From assembly GCA_965214095.1 (NCBI GenBank), contig OZ243938.1:4704001-4768000 (forward strand): a stretch of 64,000 nt of DNA. The letters are read 5' to 3'. Below, piece after piece: positions 29,145 through 39,487 of this stretch (within the stretch, counting starts at the first letter, position 1; each line of letters starts with the position of its first letter). The notes below the pieces were generated by a model. It worked only from the letters and a program-made list of their open reading frames with translations. It was not told the origin of the DNA and ran no database searches. Source of the stretch: Candidatus Poribacteria bacterium (lineage in GTDB: Bacteria > Poribacteria > WGA-4E > WGA-3G). Position numbers and translations under genes: made by a program.

Positions 29145-30482
29145 ATGAAAAACTTACGATTTACATTTCTAACAGTTCTGTTTCTGTGCATTTTGTCGTT
29201 TCAAAATTCATCCTATGCCCAAAATCACTGGAATCAGTTCAGGGGTCCAAACGGAGACGGAACAACTATTGCAACGAATCTCCCAACAGAATTTAACGAG
29301 ACCAAGAATCTACGATGGAAAACACCTATTCATGATAAAGGGTATTCATCACCTATTGTCTGGGAAAATCAGATTTGGCTTACAACGGCTCGGACGGATG
29401 GTACTGAACTTTTTGCTATATGTGTGGATCTTGAAAGTGGTGACATCATACATGACATTAAGGTATTCGACGTTGAAAACCCTCAACTTGAACATCCCGA
29501 TATAAATAGCCACGCCTCACCTACACCTATTGTGGAAGCGGGACGAGTTTATGTCCACTATGGCACTTACGGCACAGCATGTTTGGATTCGGAAACAGGT
29601 GATATCCTATGGGAACGTAGAAATCTCAACTGCGATCACCGTGTGCGTCCGGCTTCTTCTCCGATTATTGATGGCGAGTCTATTTTTCTCACCTTTGATG
29701 GCGTAGATATGCAATTCATTGCAGCACTTGATAAAAATACAGGGGATACCATTTGGTTAGAACATCGGAATTTTGACTCCGATTTTGGGAAGGTCCTGAA
29801 AGAAAAGGGTGTGAAAGATATTGAAAAAGTAAAAAAAGAGAAAGCAAATGACAACCGAAAATCTTATGCAACACCTACAATTATCACATTTCAAGGAAAG
29901 AAGCAATTGATAAGTCCTGCTGCTGAAGTTACGTTTTCTTATGACCCTAAAACAGGTGATGAACTTTGGCGTGTTCGTCATGTTGGATGGGGTTGGAATG
30001 TTGCATGTCGACCAATTTTCGCAAATGATCTCGTCTATTTTACAACGGGTATAGAAAAACAGCTGTTAGCAGTTGATCCATCAGGTGCAGGAGATGTAAC
30101 CGATACGCACATCGTTTGGAGTCACCGTAAAGGTTCTCCTGAAATACCTTCGCCTCTTATCATTGATAATCTGCTGTATATGATTAATGAAGGAGGCGTT
30201 GTAACGTGTTTAGATGCAAAAAATGGTGAAACGGTATGGAAAGGTCGTGCGAGTGGCAATTATTGGGCATCACCATTATATGCGGATGGAAAAATTTACT
30301 TTTTTAACATGGATGGGAGTGTGCCGGTAATTTCTGTGGGTCGGACATTCAATTTATTGACAACCAACAGGTTTGACACAGAATTTGTAGCATCCGGAGC
30401 TGTCGCTGGAAACAAGTTAATTCTCCGATCACTTACGCATCTTTATTGTTTTGAGAAAATGCATGACACTGATGACCATTGA
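29145..30482 (+). CDS. PQQ-like beta-propeller (BamB-like repeat) secreted protein
   Basis: Motifs WNQFRGPNGDG, YSSPIV, HASPTP, SYATP and YWASP. Confidence 0.88.
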   Translation: MKNLRFTFLTVLFLCILSFQNSSYAQNHWNQFRGPNGDGTTIATNLPTEFNETKNLRWKTPIHDKGYSSPIVWENQIWLTTARTDGTELFAICVDLESGDIIHDIKVFDVENPQLEHPDINSHASPTPIVEAGRVYVHYGTYGTACLDSETGDILWERRNLNCDHRVRPASSPIIDGESIFLTFDGVDMQFIAALDKNTGDTIWLEHRNFDSDFGKVLKEKGVKDIEKVKKEKANDNRKSYATPTIITFQGKKQLISPAAEVTFSYDPKTGDELWRVRHVGWGWNVACRPIFANDLVYFTTGIEKQLLAVDPSGAGDVTDTHIVWSHRKGSPEIPSPLIIDNLLYMINEGGVVTCLDAKNGETVWKGRASGNYWASPLYADGKIYFFNMDGSVPVISVGRTFNLLTTNRFDTEFVASGAVAGNKLILRSLTHLYCFEKMHDTDDH

Positions 30483-30536
30483 TAATATTAAATAAAAGTA
30501 TGTAAAGTTTTTGGCACTCATTTCTTACCATCCATT

Positions 30537-30624
30537 GTAGGGCGAAGCCTACTACATTCAAACAATGGACGGGACACGGAGACCCGCAATACAATGTGTA
30601 ATCGTGGTTGGAAACCACTCCTAC
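30537..30624. repeat. Two GTAG-REP-like hairpins; the second contains the stop of the 30621 ORF
   Basis: GTAGGGCGAAGCCTAC and, on the minus strand, GTAGGAGTGGTTTCCAACCAC. Confidence 0.5.
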
Positions 30625-31043
30625 TTCCTGATTGTCATCTTGCGGGTGGCAGTGAAGCTACCGGCACGAAGGACATAGAAATATACACCACTTGCTACAG
30701 GTTCTCCATGTGCGTTGCGACCGTCCCAATACGCCGCACGGGAACGGTTCTGATAGATACCCGCAACCTGATGTCCCAAATTCAAACTACGCACAACACG
30801 TCCACGAATATCATAAATCGTTATCCCAACATCACTCGGTTTCGCCAGTTGATATGGAAACCACGTCTCTGGATTGAAGGGGTTCGGGAAGTTTGCTAAG
30901 AGTGCAGTTTCAATAGGTGTGAACAGTGCCAATAGTTGTTCTACCACGTCAATGCCACGCTGGTAGGTGCGAGAAGTGTTTCCTGATGCGCGTGCCTTAG
31001 TGAGAAATCCTTGTAGTTGTGCTTCCGCGAAATGTGATTGCAC
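30621..31043 (-). pseudogene. Orphan C-terminal FlgD-Ig / T9SS-CTD-like domain (gene fragment or stand-alone module)
   Basis: LLANFPNPFNPETWFPYQL...YWDGRN...ASGVYFY...TRKMTIRK matches the C-terminus of the 2622-aa protein. No signal peptide and no clear RBS. Confidence 0.65.
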
Positions 31044-31062
31044 CTGCGCGCGGGCAGTTTGT

Positions 31063-31464
31063 TTATTCAGGGGTTACCTTTCTGATCTCCCATGTGTCGC
31101 CTTCTATTCGTACAGCTATAAAGTCATGCAACTTGCCATTGATATTACCTTCTAAAAATATCCCTTCACCTACAGTAGCAAAGCCAAACTGCCCTCTGCC
31201 GTCAGCAAGTACAGAGAATGTGTTACCTGTGCCGGGGTCAATGCAGCTATCTCCCGGCATCAACAGATCACCGACTTTACAGAGGTCTTGTTCTGACGGT
31301 TCCTCTTCTACATCCATTTCAGTTAAAACATCAGCTTCAGTTTCCATGACAACAACTGATTCAACATCCATCTCATCATCTGTGTCCATGTCTTCCGAGC
31401 ATCCGATTGCTACGAAAACACAAAATACCATTAATATTCGCGTTAAACTTTTCATTATGAACAT
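31063..31464 (-). CDS. Small acidic lipoprotein
   Basis: VAIGC lipobox, D/E-rich linker, CKVGD...GDSC; AAGGAG RBS (start 31464 or 31455). Confidence 0.8.
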   Translation of the reverse strand: MFIMKSLTRILMVFCVFVAIGCSEDMDTDDEMDVESVVVMETEADVLTEMDVEEEPSEQDLCKVGDLLMPGDSCIDPGTGNTFSVLADGRGQFGFATVGEGIFLEGNINGKLHDFIAVRIEGDTWEIRKVTPE

Positions 31465-31891
31465 TTCTCCTTTTAGATTAAAACACATTATTCTGTCTTG
31501 ATAACGTGAGTTTGATAATTAAATACTTGTCAACAGAGACCCCTTAGTTATTGTGAAGTTTACCAAAAACTAACAAAGCTAAGGAGTTCTCTGATGGATA
31601 TCATTACAATGTCTGTGAAATAGACGATTTCTTCCCTGTATATGAACAATATCATGTGCAACATCAGTTGGAAATACTCAGGAAAAGCTACATCTGCAGT
31701 AGATTGGTGCCTTCATCCGAGCAAAGTCATGATGATATTTGTGCCTTTTCATCATAAGTGGTATAAGAATTTCAAAACCTATTATCAGTATTATGTCTAC
31801 TACCGCTGCGTTGGGTGTTTCCAAACCTTGTCAGTTATAATCGTTAGTTGTGGTGTTTGAATGTGACATTTATCAGATTAGAAAAGACATC

Positions 31892-33862
31892 TTACTGCAA
31901 CATTTTCAAATCCGCCCAAATCCTCGTAAGTTTTCCACTTGCGGAGATTAACCCTCGCAACCGCACCGTTGCTAACTGCTCGCGATCCCCCGCATGCGAC
32001 ACATCTTCTATCCGATAATAGTAGACAGTATTCGGTTTAGCGGTGGTATCTGTCCACGTATATTCGTTGCGTTCAGCTGTGGTGCCTGCACCTTGTATCA
32101 TGCTCGGATTGACAACTTTGAACTCACCGCCTTTTGTTTCACTGTGATATATGTAAAATCCTGCGTTATCTACTTCGGATTCTGTTGTCCATTTGATGAC
32201 AACACCAACATCGGTGAGTTCTGCATGGAAATGGGATAGAGTGACAGGTAGCACCTTGGTGCGACCATTTTTGTCGGAAAGATATATTTTTACATCCGGA
32301 TTCTTTTGCAAGAGTTCAAGGAGCGGTTTTCTGTTCTTAATTGGGTTTCCTACAAGGTTTAATTCATTAAGATTAGAAAGACCTGCGAGAGGAGTCACAT
32401 CACTAATTTGGTTATTTGAAAGATATAAATGTCTTAAATTCGTTAGTTCAGTGAGCAGATTGATGTTGCTGATTTGATTGTTCGTCAACTCTAATGATCT
32501 TAATAGATTCATTCCTTTGAGGGAAGAGATGTTGCTGATTTGATTGTTCGTAAAGTCTATGTACTTCAATTTTGTTAAAGTATTGAGTGGTGAGATATTT
32601 TGTACCAGATTTCCTCTAAGGAATAAAAATCTTAAATTCGCGGCATATTGAAGGCCTTCAAGGGACGTTATTTGTTGTTCGTTAGCCGATAGATTCCTCA
32701 ACCGAAGCATATCTATTTGTGTAAGGATAATGTTTGGTTGTAATTTGAGATTCTTTCGCACTTCCATTGCTAAATTGGTATCGGGTATTGATACAACTTC
32801 GGAGGAAGGTTGTAGTTCAATTTCAAACGTCCAAAGTTTAAAGTTACCGAGTGCATCTATGACCTTAAGATATACTTTATTGAGTCTTGCACTATCAGTA
32901 GCATTTGATGGTATCTCCTGTGATGATAACTCATTTGTAACAAATTCGACAGTATCTCTATTGTCATTTAAGGATTTACATTCCAGTAGTGCCTTACTTC
33001 CTCTACTATCACGTTCATCAAAATCGTTCTTAAGTAATTGTGCTTGATGGAGTCCATCAGGGTCTGTTATCTCGAATTGTAAACGGATAGTACCAGGTGG
33101 AGTGCCAAGATTTGGTTTCAGCATTTTAATGTCTGTGTTTTCGTTGCTTGTGCCGTCAACGTCATTGAAATAGATATGGGCATCTAACCATTCAGCAGCA
33201 CAAGCCGACAGTTTCTCCGTGATAGAGTCTGGTCCATAAGACATAATGTAGGAATCGTCTCGAAAATCATGGCTCAAGCCAAAAGCGTGTCCGAGTTCGT
33301 GTACCAAAACGTACCACAAACGAGAGAAATATGGATACGATAAATCCTCATTGTCAATGTTTGTCAATATGATTGATACTCCCCCACGAACTGTTTCCCC
33401 GTATCCTGAGCCTCCTACGCTCGGTCCAGTGTCAGGATTAGACTGGTCTATCCACCTCAGATAAATTAGTTTCTTAGATATGTCTAACTGTTCACTTATT
33501 TCTTGAGATGGATAGATATTTTTGTTAATTGGAGGGGTTAAAGCTTCATTATACTGTGCATTGGAGTACTTTCCTTTAATAATGCGTGGCGGTACTAAAT
33601 TTCCTGTTTCATCTGTTTCAAGCCTAAATGTTTTTCTCTCAAACCCGTGTGCTTTCATCTGGTCAGCGTAAAACTGTTGAACGTCCTTTATTAAAGTGTT
33701 TAATCTTGCGATCCTGTCTTCCTGCGGTTCAATGTCGCTCGGATGAAAGTATATTGTGCTAACGACATATTCTGCTGATGCACATTGTGGGAGATTGTTC
33801 AACACAATAACTATGGTTACAAAAGTGAGGAGAGTTAGTGTAAAACGCATTATTGGTTTCAT
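31892..33862 (-). CDS. Secreted metzincin-like zinc metallopeptidase with internalin-type LRRs and a conserved C-terminal module
   Basis: HELGHAFGLSHD plus Met-turn YIMSY; IPDTNL cap; LxxLxLxNNQI repeats; LPVTLSHF...GKLTRIWADLK tail. Confidence 0.88.
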   Translation of the reverse strand: MKPIMRFTLTLLTFVTIVIVLNNLPQCASAEYVVSTIYFHPSDIEPQEDRIARLNTLIKDVQQFYADQMKAHGFERKTFRLETDETGNLVPPRIIKGKYSNAQYNEALTPPINKNIYPSQEISEQLDISKKLIYLRWIDQSNPDTGPSVGGSGYGETVRGGVSIILTNIDNEDLSYPYFSRLWYVLVHELGHAFGLSHDFRDDSYIMSYGPDSITEKLSACAAEWLDAHIYFNDVDGTSNENTDIKMLKPNLGTPPGTIRLQFEITDPDGLHQAQLLKNDFDERDSRGSKALLECKSLNDNRDTVEFVTNELSSQEIPSNATDSARLNKVYLKVIDALGNFKLWTFEIELQPSSEVVSIPDTNLAMEVRKNLKLQPNIILTQIDMLRLRNLSANEQQITSLEGLQYAANLRFLFLRGNLVQNISPLNTLTKLKYIDFTNNQISNISSLKGMNLLRSLELTNNQISNINLLTELTNLRHLYLSNNQISDVTPLAGLSNLNELNLVGNPIKNRKPLLELLQKNPDVKIYLSDKNGRTKVLPVTLSHFHAELTDVGVVIKWTTESEVDNAGFYIYHSETKGGEFKVVNPSMIQGAGTTAERNEYTWTDTTAKPNTVYYYRIEDVSHAGDREQLATVRLRGLISASGKLTRIWADLKMLQ

Positions 33863-34128
33863 GTGTGGTTTTCCTTTGATATAGGATAGTGGTGGGAGGC
33901 ATACAACCGTATCAGTTACATCATCAAGTTTTGTGTTTATGTCTTCCGAGCATCCGAAAGCTAAAATAACCGGAGTTGCTACCTATGTGGCACAAACTTT
34001 TTGTCTGTGCATACAAGGACACAAACTGAAAGTTTGCGCTACAATACTTTGTGAATAATCAGCGTTTCTCTATTAGAAACGGTATATCCGTGCTAAATAT
34101 CTTGTAAGTAACAACTTGGATTAAGATT

Positions 34129-34157
34129 ATTATAATATATAGTCATATAAAAGTCAA
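34129..34157 (-). promoter_or_regulatory. Sigma70 promoter TTGACT-N17-TATAAT (copy 2; block ~33962-34290)
   Basis: The block aligns with 510-832 over about 320 bp. Confidence 0.8.
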
Positions 34158-34309
34158 TATAAAAATTAAGTGTTTTATCATAGTATATTGGTTTAATATG
34201 ACATTTATTGTATTGTAAAATGTGATATATTGAATGTGCTTGTTGTGAACATGTGCGTCAGTTAGGGAAACGCCTCAATATCAGTTCAGGGTTATTTAGT
34301 TTTAGAGTT

Positions 34310-34926
34310 CTTGTCTGGATCAGGATTTTCAGGATTATGAGTTTGGCTCTCTAAAGTTCCTATTCCCAGGTTGACGTTTATTTTCTGGATGGCACTTTGA
34401 TGTTTCAGACGCTTATCCCAGTGAATGCCATAGGCGCATTCATACCCGGGGAACGCCTAATGAAGATTAGGAAACAAATAGGGTAATTTGAGATCAAAGT
34501 CCAGCACTCTTACGTGGGGATTAATTTATTCTTTAGGTATTTTTATAGACTTTTTAGATGCGATTAGGAAAATGTCTTCTGCGTCACTTGAACCTGTGTT
34601 ATGGACGAAAAGGTGCTGGCATTTGAAGACAGCAGCACCAACGGTGCGAAAGGTGTATCCCTAATTCCATGTACAGACACCTGTCGCCCCTCTGGGGCTT
34701 GTGTGATGGATAGGTGTCGCCTTCCTATACACCTTTCGTCCCGCTGGGACTGAAATACACGCATGAAAATGAGTTGATCCTCTAGAATGATGGTTTTGGT
34801 GTGGTTAGGCAACCGGACCTGAGGGAATCGGGATTACCCAATTAATAAATTAATCTTCATAATTGCGCGACTACAAACGCGTTTTTCTAAATGTAAAGTG
34901 TATGTTAATTTCACATTTCATTATAA
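34310..34926. repeat. Intergenic cluster of short palindromic and degenerate repeat elements
   Basis: CAGGATTTTCAGGAT; GAATGCCATAGGCGCATTC; two ACACCT(G/T)TCG(C/T)CCC.CTGGG units; family-1 end CACATTTCATTATAA. Confidence 0.5.
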
Positions 34927-35037
34927 AGAACCCTGCTAAATAAACTTTTCTTGATTGGTAAACGTTTTTATGTCATAATTGTTGTCAATATTAAAACCAT
35001 AATTCAATGGTTGGCACATGATGGTTGAAGGATAAGC

Positions 35038-38000
35038 ATGTATTTCAATAATAATTCAGACGATACTGTCCCTCCCTCTAAATCCCACCAAGACAAACGG
35101 TTATTCCTTTCTACGATAATACCTGCCTTGCTACTAATGACGTTGTTCCAGACTGTCGGATGCGGACCATTAGGTATCACAGACCCGGAATCCGATACAC
35201 CATTCGGTACGTCTCGGAATGAATCCAAACCCAAAAAGAATTGGAAAATAAAACGCACACTGATTAGCAACGAAGTGAACTGTATTGCTGCAGATCCAGA
35301 TAATGTGTGGATTGCCACAGCAAAAGGAGTCTCTCGTTGGCAACACAGTGAGGATACGTGGTCACATTACACAATGGAGGATGGGTTAGCAAATGATATG
35401 GTAAACGCTGTCGCGATTGATGGAAAATGGGTTTGGTTCGCTACAGATGAAGGCGTTAGTCGTTATGATTCTGAGACTAATACATTTACAACCTATCGTA
35501 GCATTGATGGACTGGCAAGTGATGAGGTTTCTTCTGTCGCAGTAGACGGGAACTATGTCTGGTTTGGTACTTCAAACGGTCTAAACAGATATGATAAAAC
35601 GATTGACAGTTGGGCAGTACGGTCTCGTAAAGATGGCTTAGTAAGCAGAATCGTAACTACAATTGCTGTAGAACCAGAATATGTATGGGTTGGAACTGAT
35701 AGAGAGATTAATCCTGATCCACACGGATGGGATGAGGATCCGAGATTCAGCAAAGGCGGAGTGAGTCGCTATCATCGAGACACAGATTCTTGGAATAACT
35801 ATACAAAGTCGGACGGTTTGATTGACAATGAGATCGCTACGATCGCAGTAGATGACGGCAGCGTCTGGTTTGGCACACAACACAGAGGCGTGAGTCAATA
35901 CAATCAAGTTGATCAGACATTTGTCAAGACATATACCAAAACAGATTTATTAAAAAGCAATGTGATTAGTTGTATCCGATCCGACGGTTTTCAGGTGTGG
36001 TTTGGAACTGCTAATGCTGGTGTCCACCGTTTCATCAAACCTGTCAATACATGGGTGCATTATACCGTTGCAGATGGATTAGCGAGTAACAATGTAAGTT
36101 GGATTACAACGCAAGGGAATGATGTTTGGTTTGCAAGTAAAGAAGATGGAATTAGTCGTTTTGATAAGGTGACTGGTGAGTGGACGATTTATACACAAGC
36201 TGATTTCCTTGCTGATAACGATGTTCGTGACATCACGCAGGATGATACGGGGAAACTCTGGATTGCAACTGTATCTGGACTGTCAGTTTATTCTCCAGAT
36301 GAACGTACTTGGGAAGTAATCTCTAAAGAAGATGGTCTCCCAACCAACTATGTGATGTCGGTAAATGTCACCTCACCACCTTCAACGCTGAGTGCGAAAG
36401 AACTTGGTAATAAACAAGATAGACAACCGAATAGTGCTGCAATATGGATCGGTACGGCACGAGGACTCGGTTCATGCACACACCTTGGAGGGAAATGGCA
36501 CATTTTTCGTCCAACGCAAGGAGAGGCATTTGTAACTGTGGTAGCAACTGCAGAAATAGACCAAGACGTGCCATATAACCCAAAGCAGATTTGGCTAGGG
36601 ACAAATCTGGGTCCGGCGATGTATGACTTAGACATGAAAAAATGGACTCAACTTAAACTTCCAGACGAACCAGAAAACCCACTTATCACATCTGTTCTTA
36701 TTTGGAATGGAAATGTCTGGTTTGCTGGCGTGAAAGGTATTTGGCAATATTCAATAACTGAAAAACAAATGCAGAACAAGTCAGATGGACTCAAAAACAG
36801 ATCTATAAATACAATCCTTGTCAGTGGCAATACGCTGTGGGTTGGAACACAGGAGGGACTCGCAAGATTTGATAACGCTAAGCAACAATGGATTCCTATA
36901 TCTTATGAAAATACATCTGGAACTGAATTGGGATCATCAAGCATCACAGCACTTTCATCTCATGATGGTGTACTATGGGTTGGAACACCACAGGGTTTGG
37001 GAAAGTATACGATAGCAACTGAAAAGTGGGAGTCCTGCAAAATTACACACAATATTCGTGATATTATATGTGATAAGGGAGAGAAACTTTGGTTAGCGAC
37101 ATCAATCGGTCTTGTTGAATACGATATTGCAGATGGTAAAGAGGTATTTCACCAATCCCGTCCGGTGCGACAACCTTTGGTTGAAACACAAGTATCACAT
37201 ATAATGTTTGATGAAGATTACATTTGGTTTTCTAACTGGAAGTCCTCACGAAATGGCGGTATTTTACGTTACCACCGTCCGACACAAACTTGGCAACGTT
37301 ACACCCGTTTTGATATCTTTAAGTCTACTCTGAAGAAAACAATGACAGTGTTGCGTTGGACTTATGTTGATAAGGATGCAGTTTGGTTCACTTCAGATTA
37401 CGGTGTTTTAAGATACGATAAAGTGAAAGGTTTTTGGCAACACTTTACAATGAAAGATGGTCTTTCTGTAGATGATATGGACAAGATCGCAGTTAGTGAA
37501 AATAGTGTGTGGATTCTACCTATGGTGGGTATGGAGTTGAACCGATATGATAAAACGACTGGAACATGGGAAATAGTCAAACAACCGGATAGACATGAAG
37601 AACACGAAAGATTAAGAGCACTTGCCGTTGATGGACCTGAAGTTTGGTATGCATCCGGACATTCTGTCACCCGATATAATGAAAAAACAAAGGAATGGAA
37701 AGAATTCAAACCTACAGATGGTCTGGCAGGGAGAGGGGCAGAATGGATAACAATAGATAAAGACTTTATCTGGATCGCTCGTTCAGAATATGATAGAGGA
37801 AGTAATCGTCCGTTATCCCGATATGATAAAAAGACTAAAAAATGGTCTACCTTTTCCACCAATGATGTCCTTGCAGCGAAAACTATAAGAAGAGTGATTG
37901 CTACAGATACCGACGTATGGATTCTTTACAGACCTTGGGATAATGTAGTCACTCGTTATGACCGAATGAACAAAGAGTGGACGACAATATCGTCAGGAAG

Positions 38001-39267
38001 AGGCACACTTGAACTCGCTGCAGATGATGACTATCTTTGGTTAGCAGCACCGAATGAAGGTCTACGACGGTTTCACTTTGCATCTGGCACTTGGTCAACT
38101 TTTAGAAATATCAAAGGGTTGTTACATAACCACGTTGGTGAATATGGTTTAGCAGTAGATGAGCGATATGTTTGGGTTGGAACTATACGTGGTCTTTCTC
38201 GGTATGACAAACTGCGTGAATCTTGGACTCCTTTACCACAATTACCAACACTTTCTGGTAGAACCGTACGCACAGTGGATACTGATGAAAGGTTTGTGTG
38301 GGTGGGAACGGATAATGGTTTATCGCGATATGATAAAGAGTTCGGCACATGGAAAAATTATAGACAGACTGGTGGTTCTGAGGAAATAGCAACACATAAC
38401 GGACATTGGCACAGACATAGACCAAAATCACGGGGTATGCTATCAGATAATGCTGTTAGTTCAATAGTGGTTGATCAACAATATGTCTGGGTAGGCACCC
38501 GAGACGGTGCGAATAGGTTTGATAAGATCGCGCTTCGCTGGGACCAATACAAAACTGAACATGGGTTACCAGCCAATAATGTAACATCGGTAAGTACAGA
38601 TGGTAACAATATATGGGTTGGCACGAATTCTGGGATCGGAAAATATCCGAGAACTGCTGACGACCTTAACGCATGGATTGCATATACTTCTGGTACTGAA
38701 ATCCAACCATCTGCGGTGTCTAAGGAGTTTGCTGAGTCATTAGTCACTGATGAAATATGGTGCATCACTGCAAGTAGGAAACATGTATGGGTTGGTACAC
38801 GTAGGGGTATAAGTAAGTACGATATTGGTCGGGACATTTGGAAGACGATTACAGAAGCGGATGGACTTGCCAGTAACGAAATCAGTTGCATTGCAATAGA
38901 TGGAAATCGTGTATGGTTTGGTAGCGATCAAGGTGTGACAGTTTACAATGAACTAACAGAAGAGTGGAGAGTCTATACGACTGAAGACGGTCTTGCAAGC
39001 GATAAAATTACCACTATTGGTGTTGATGGGACTGATATGTGGGTTGGTACTTACAATGCTGGAATCTGTCGGTATGACCAATTGAATGACACTTGGACAA
39101 CCTACACGCGGACAGATGGTTTAGCACACAACGGGATATTATCTATGGCAATTGGAAATAAGTATGTATGGTTTGGCACATATCGCGGATTGAGTCGTTT
39201 TGATAAAAACACAGGAATCTGGACTACTTTTACAGAGGCTTATGGTCCGGAAGATATTATTAGATAA
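35038..39267 (+). CDS. Large lipoprotein made of two-component-regulator-type beta-propeller repeats
   Basis: TVGC lipobox; about 25 or more repeats of DGLASN.V..IAVDG..VWFGT..GLSRYD; no kinase or Y_Y_Y domain apparent. Confidence 0.85.
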   Translation: MYFNNNSDDTVPPSKSHQDKRLFLSTIIPALLLMTLFQTVGCGPLGITDPESDTPFGTSRNESKPKKNWKIKRTLISNEVNCIAADPDNVWIATAKGVSRWQHSEDTWSHYTMEDGLANDMVNAVAIDGKWVWFATDEGVSRYDSETNTFTTYRSIDGLASDEVSSVAVDGNYVWFGTSNGLNRYDKTIDSWAVRSRKDGLVSRIVTTIAVEPEYVWVGTDREINPDPHGWDEDPRFSKGGVSRYHRDTDSWNNYTKSDGLIDNEIATIAVDDGSVWFGTQHRGVSQYNQVDQTFVKTYTKTDLLKSNVISCIRSDGFQVWFGTANAGVHRFIKPVNTWVHYTVADGLASNNVSWITTQGNDVWFASKEDGISRFDKVTGEWTIYTQADFLADNDVRDITQDDTGKLWIATVSGLSVYSPDERTWEVISKEDGLPTNYVMSVNVTSPPSTLSAKELGNKQDRQPNSAAIWIGTARGLGSCTHLGGKWHIFRPTQGEAFVTVVATAEIDQDVPYNPKQIWLGTNLGPAMYDLDMKKWTQLKLPDEPENPLITSVLIWNGNVWFAGVKGIWQYSITEKQMQNKSDGLKNRSINTILVSGNTLWVGTQEGLARFDNAKQQWIPISYENTSGTELGSSSITALSSHDGVLWVGTPQGLGKYTIATEKWESCKITHNIRDIICDKGEKLWLATSIGLVEYDIADGKEVFHQSRPVRQPLVETQVSHIMFDEDYIWFSNWKSSRNGGILRYHRPTQTWQRYTRFDIFKSTLKKTMTVLRWTYVDKDAVWFTSDYGVLRYDKVKGFWQHFTMKDGLSVDDMDKIAVSENSVWILPMVGMELNRYDKTTGTWEIVKQPDRHEEHERLRALAVDGPEVWYASGHSVTRYNEKTKEWKEFKPTDGLAGRGAEWITIDKDFIWIARSEYDRGSNRPLSRYDKKTKKWSTFSTNDVLAAKTIRRVIATDTDVWILYRPWDNVVTRYDRMNKEWTTISSGRGTLELAADDDYLWLAAPNEGLRRFHFASGTWSTFRNIKGLLHNHVGEYGLAVDERYVWVGTIRGLSRYDKLRESWTPLPQLPTLSGRTVRTVDTDERFVWVGTDNGLSRYDKEFGTWKNYRQTGGSEEIATHNGHWHRHRPKSRGMLSDNAVSSIVVDQQYVWVGTRDGANRFDKIALRWDQYKTEHGLPANNVTSVSTDGNNIWVGTNSGIGKYPRTADDLNAWIAYTSGTEIQPSAVSKEFAESLVTDEIWCITASRKHVWVGTRRGISKYDIGRDIWKTITEADGLASNEISCIAIDGNRVWFGSDQGVTVYNELTEEWRVYTTEDGLASDKITTIGVDGTDMWVGTYNAGICRYDQLNDTWTTYTRTDGLAHNGILSMAIGNKYVWFGTYRGLSRFDKNTGIWTTFTEAYGPEDIIR

Positions 39268-39270
39268 TTA

Positions 39271-39410
39271 TTATAGTAAAAACCATAATTATTTACACAC
39301 TACGGTAGGTTTGGTTTCCTAACCGAACCGGTGTTTGTTCAGTGTTATAGATGCGGTTAGGAAACCGCATCTACTGTGGAATGTGCACATATTTTTACAT
39401 TTCACTATAA
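39271..39410. repeat. MITE-like family 1 copy
   Basis: TTATAGTAAAA...TTTCACTATAA ends with an inverted REP pair. Confidence 0.8.
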
Positions 39411-39487
39411 GAGTAGACAAAATAGCGATTATTGGATCAGACAATAAATGCTCACAATATCTTTCTGATCTATAAAGATGTATTCTT

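Noticed and set aside
34564-34812. 82-aa ORF in the large intergenic gap
   Set aside because: It spans palindromic repeat units and has no RBS or recognisable motif.
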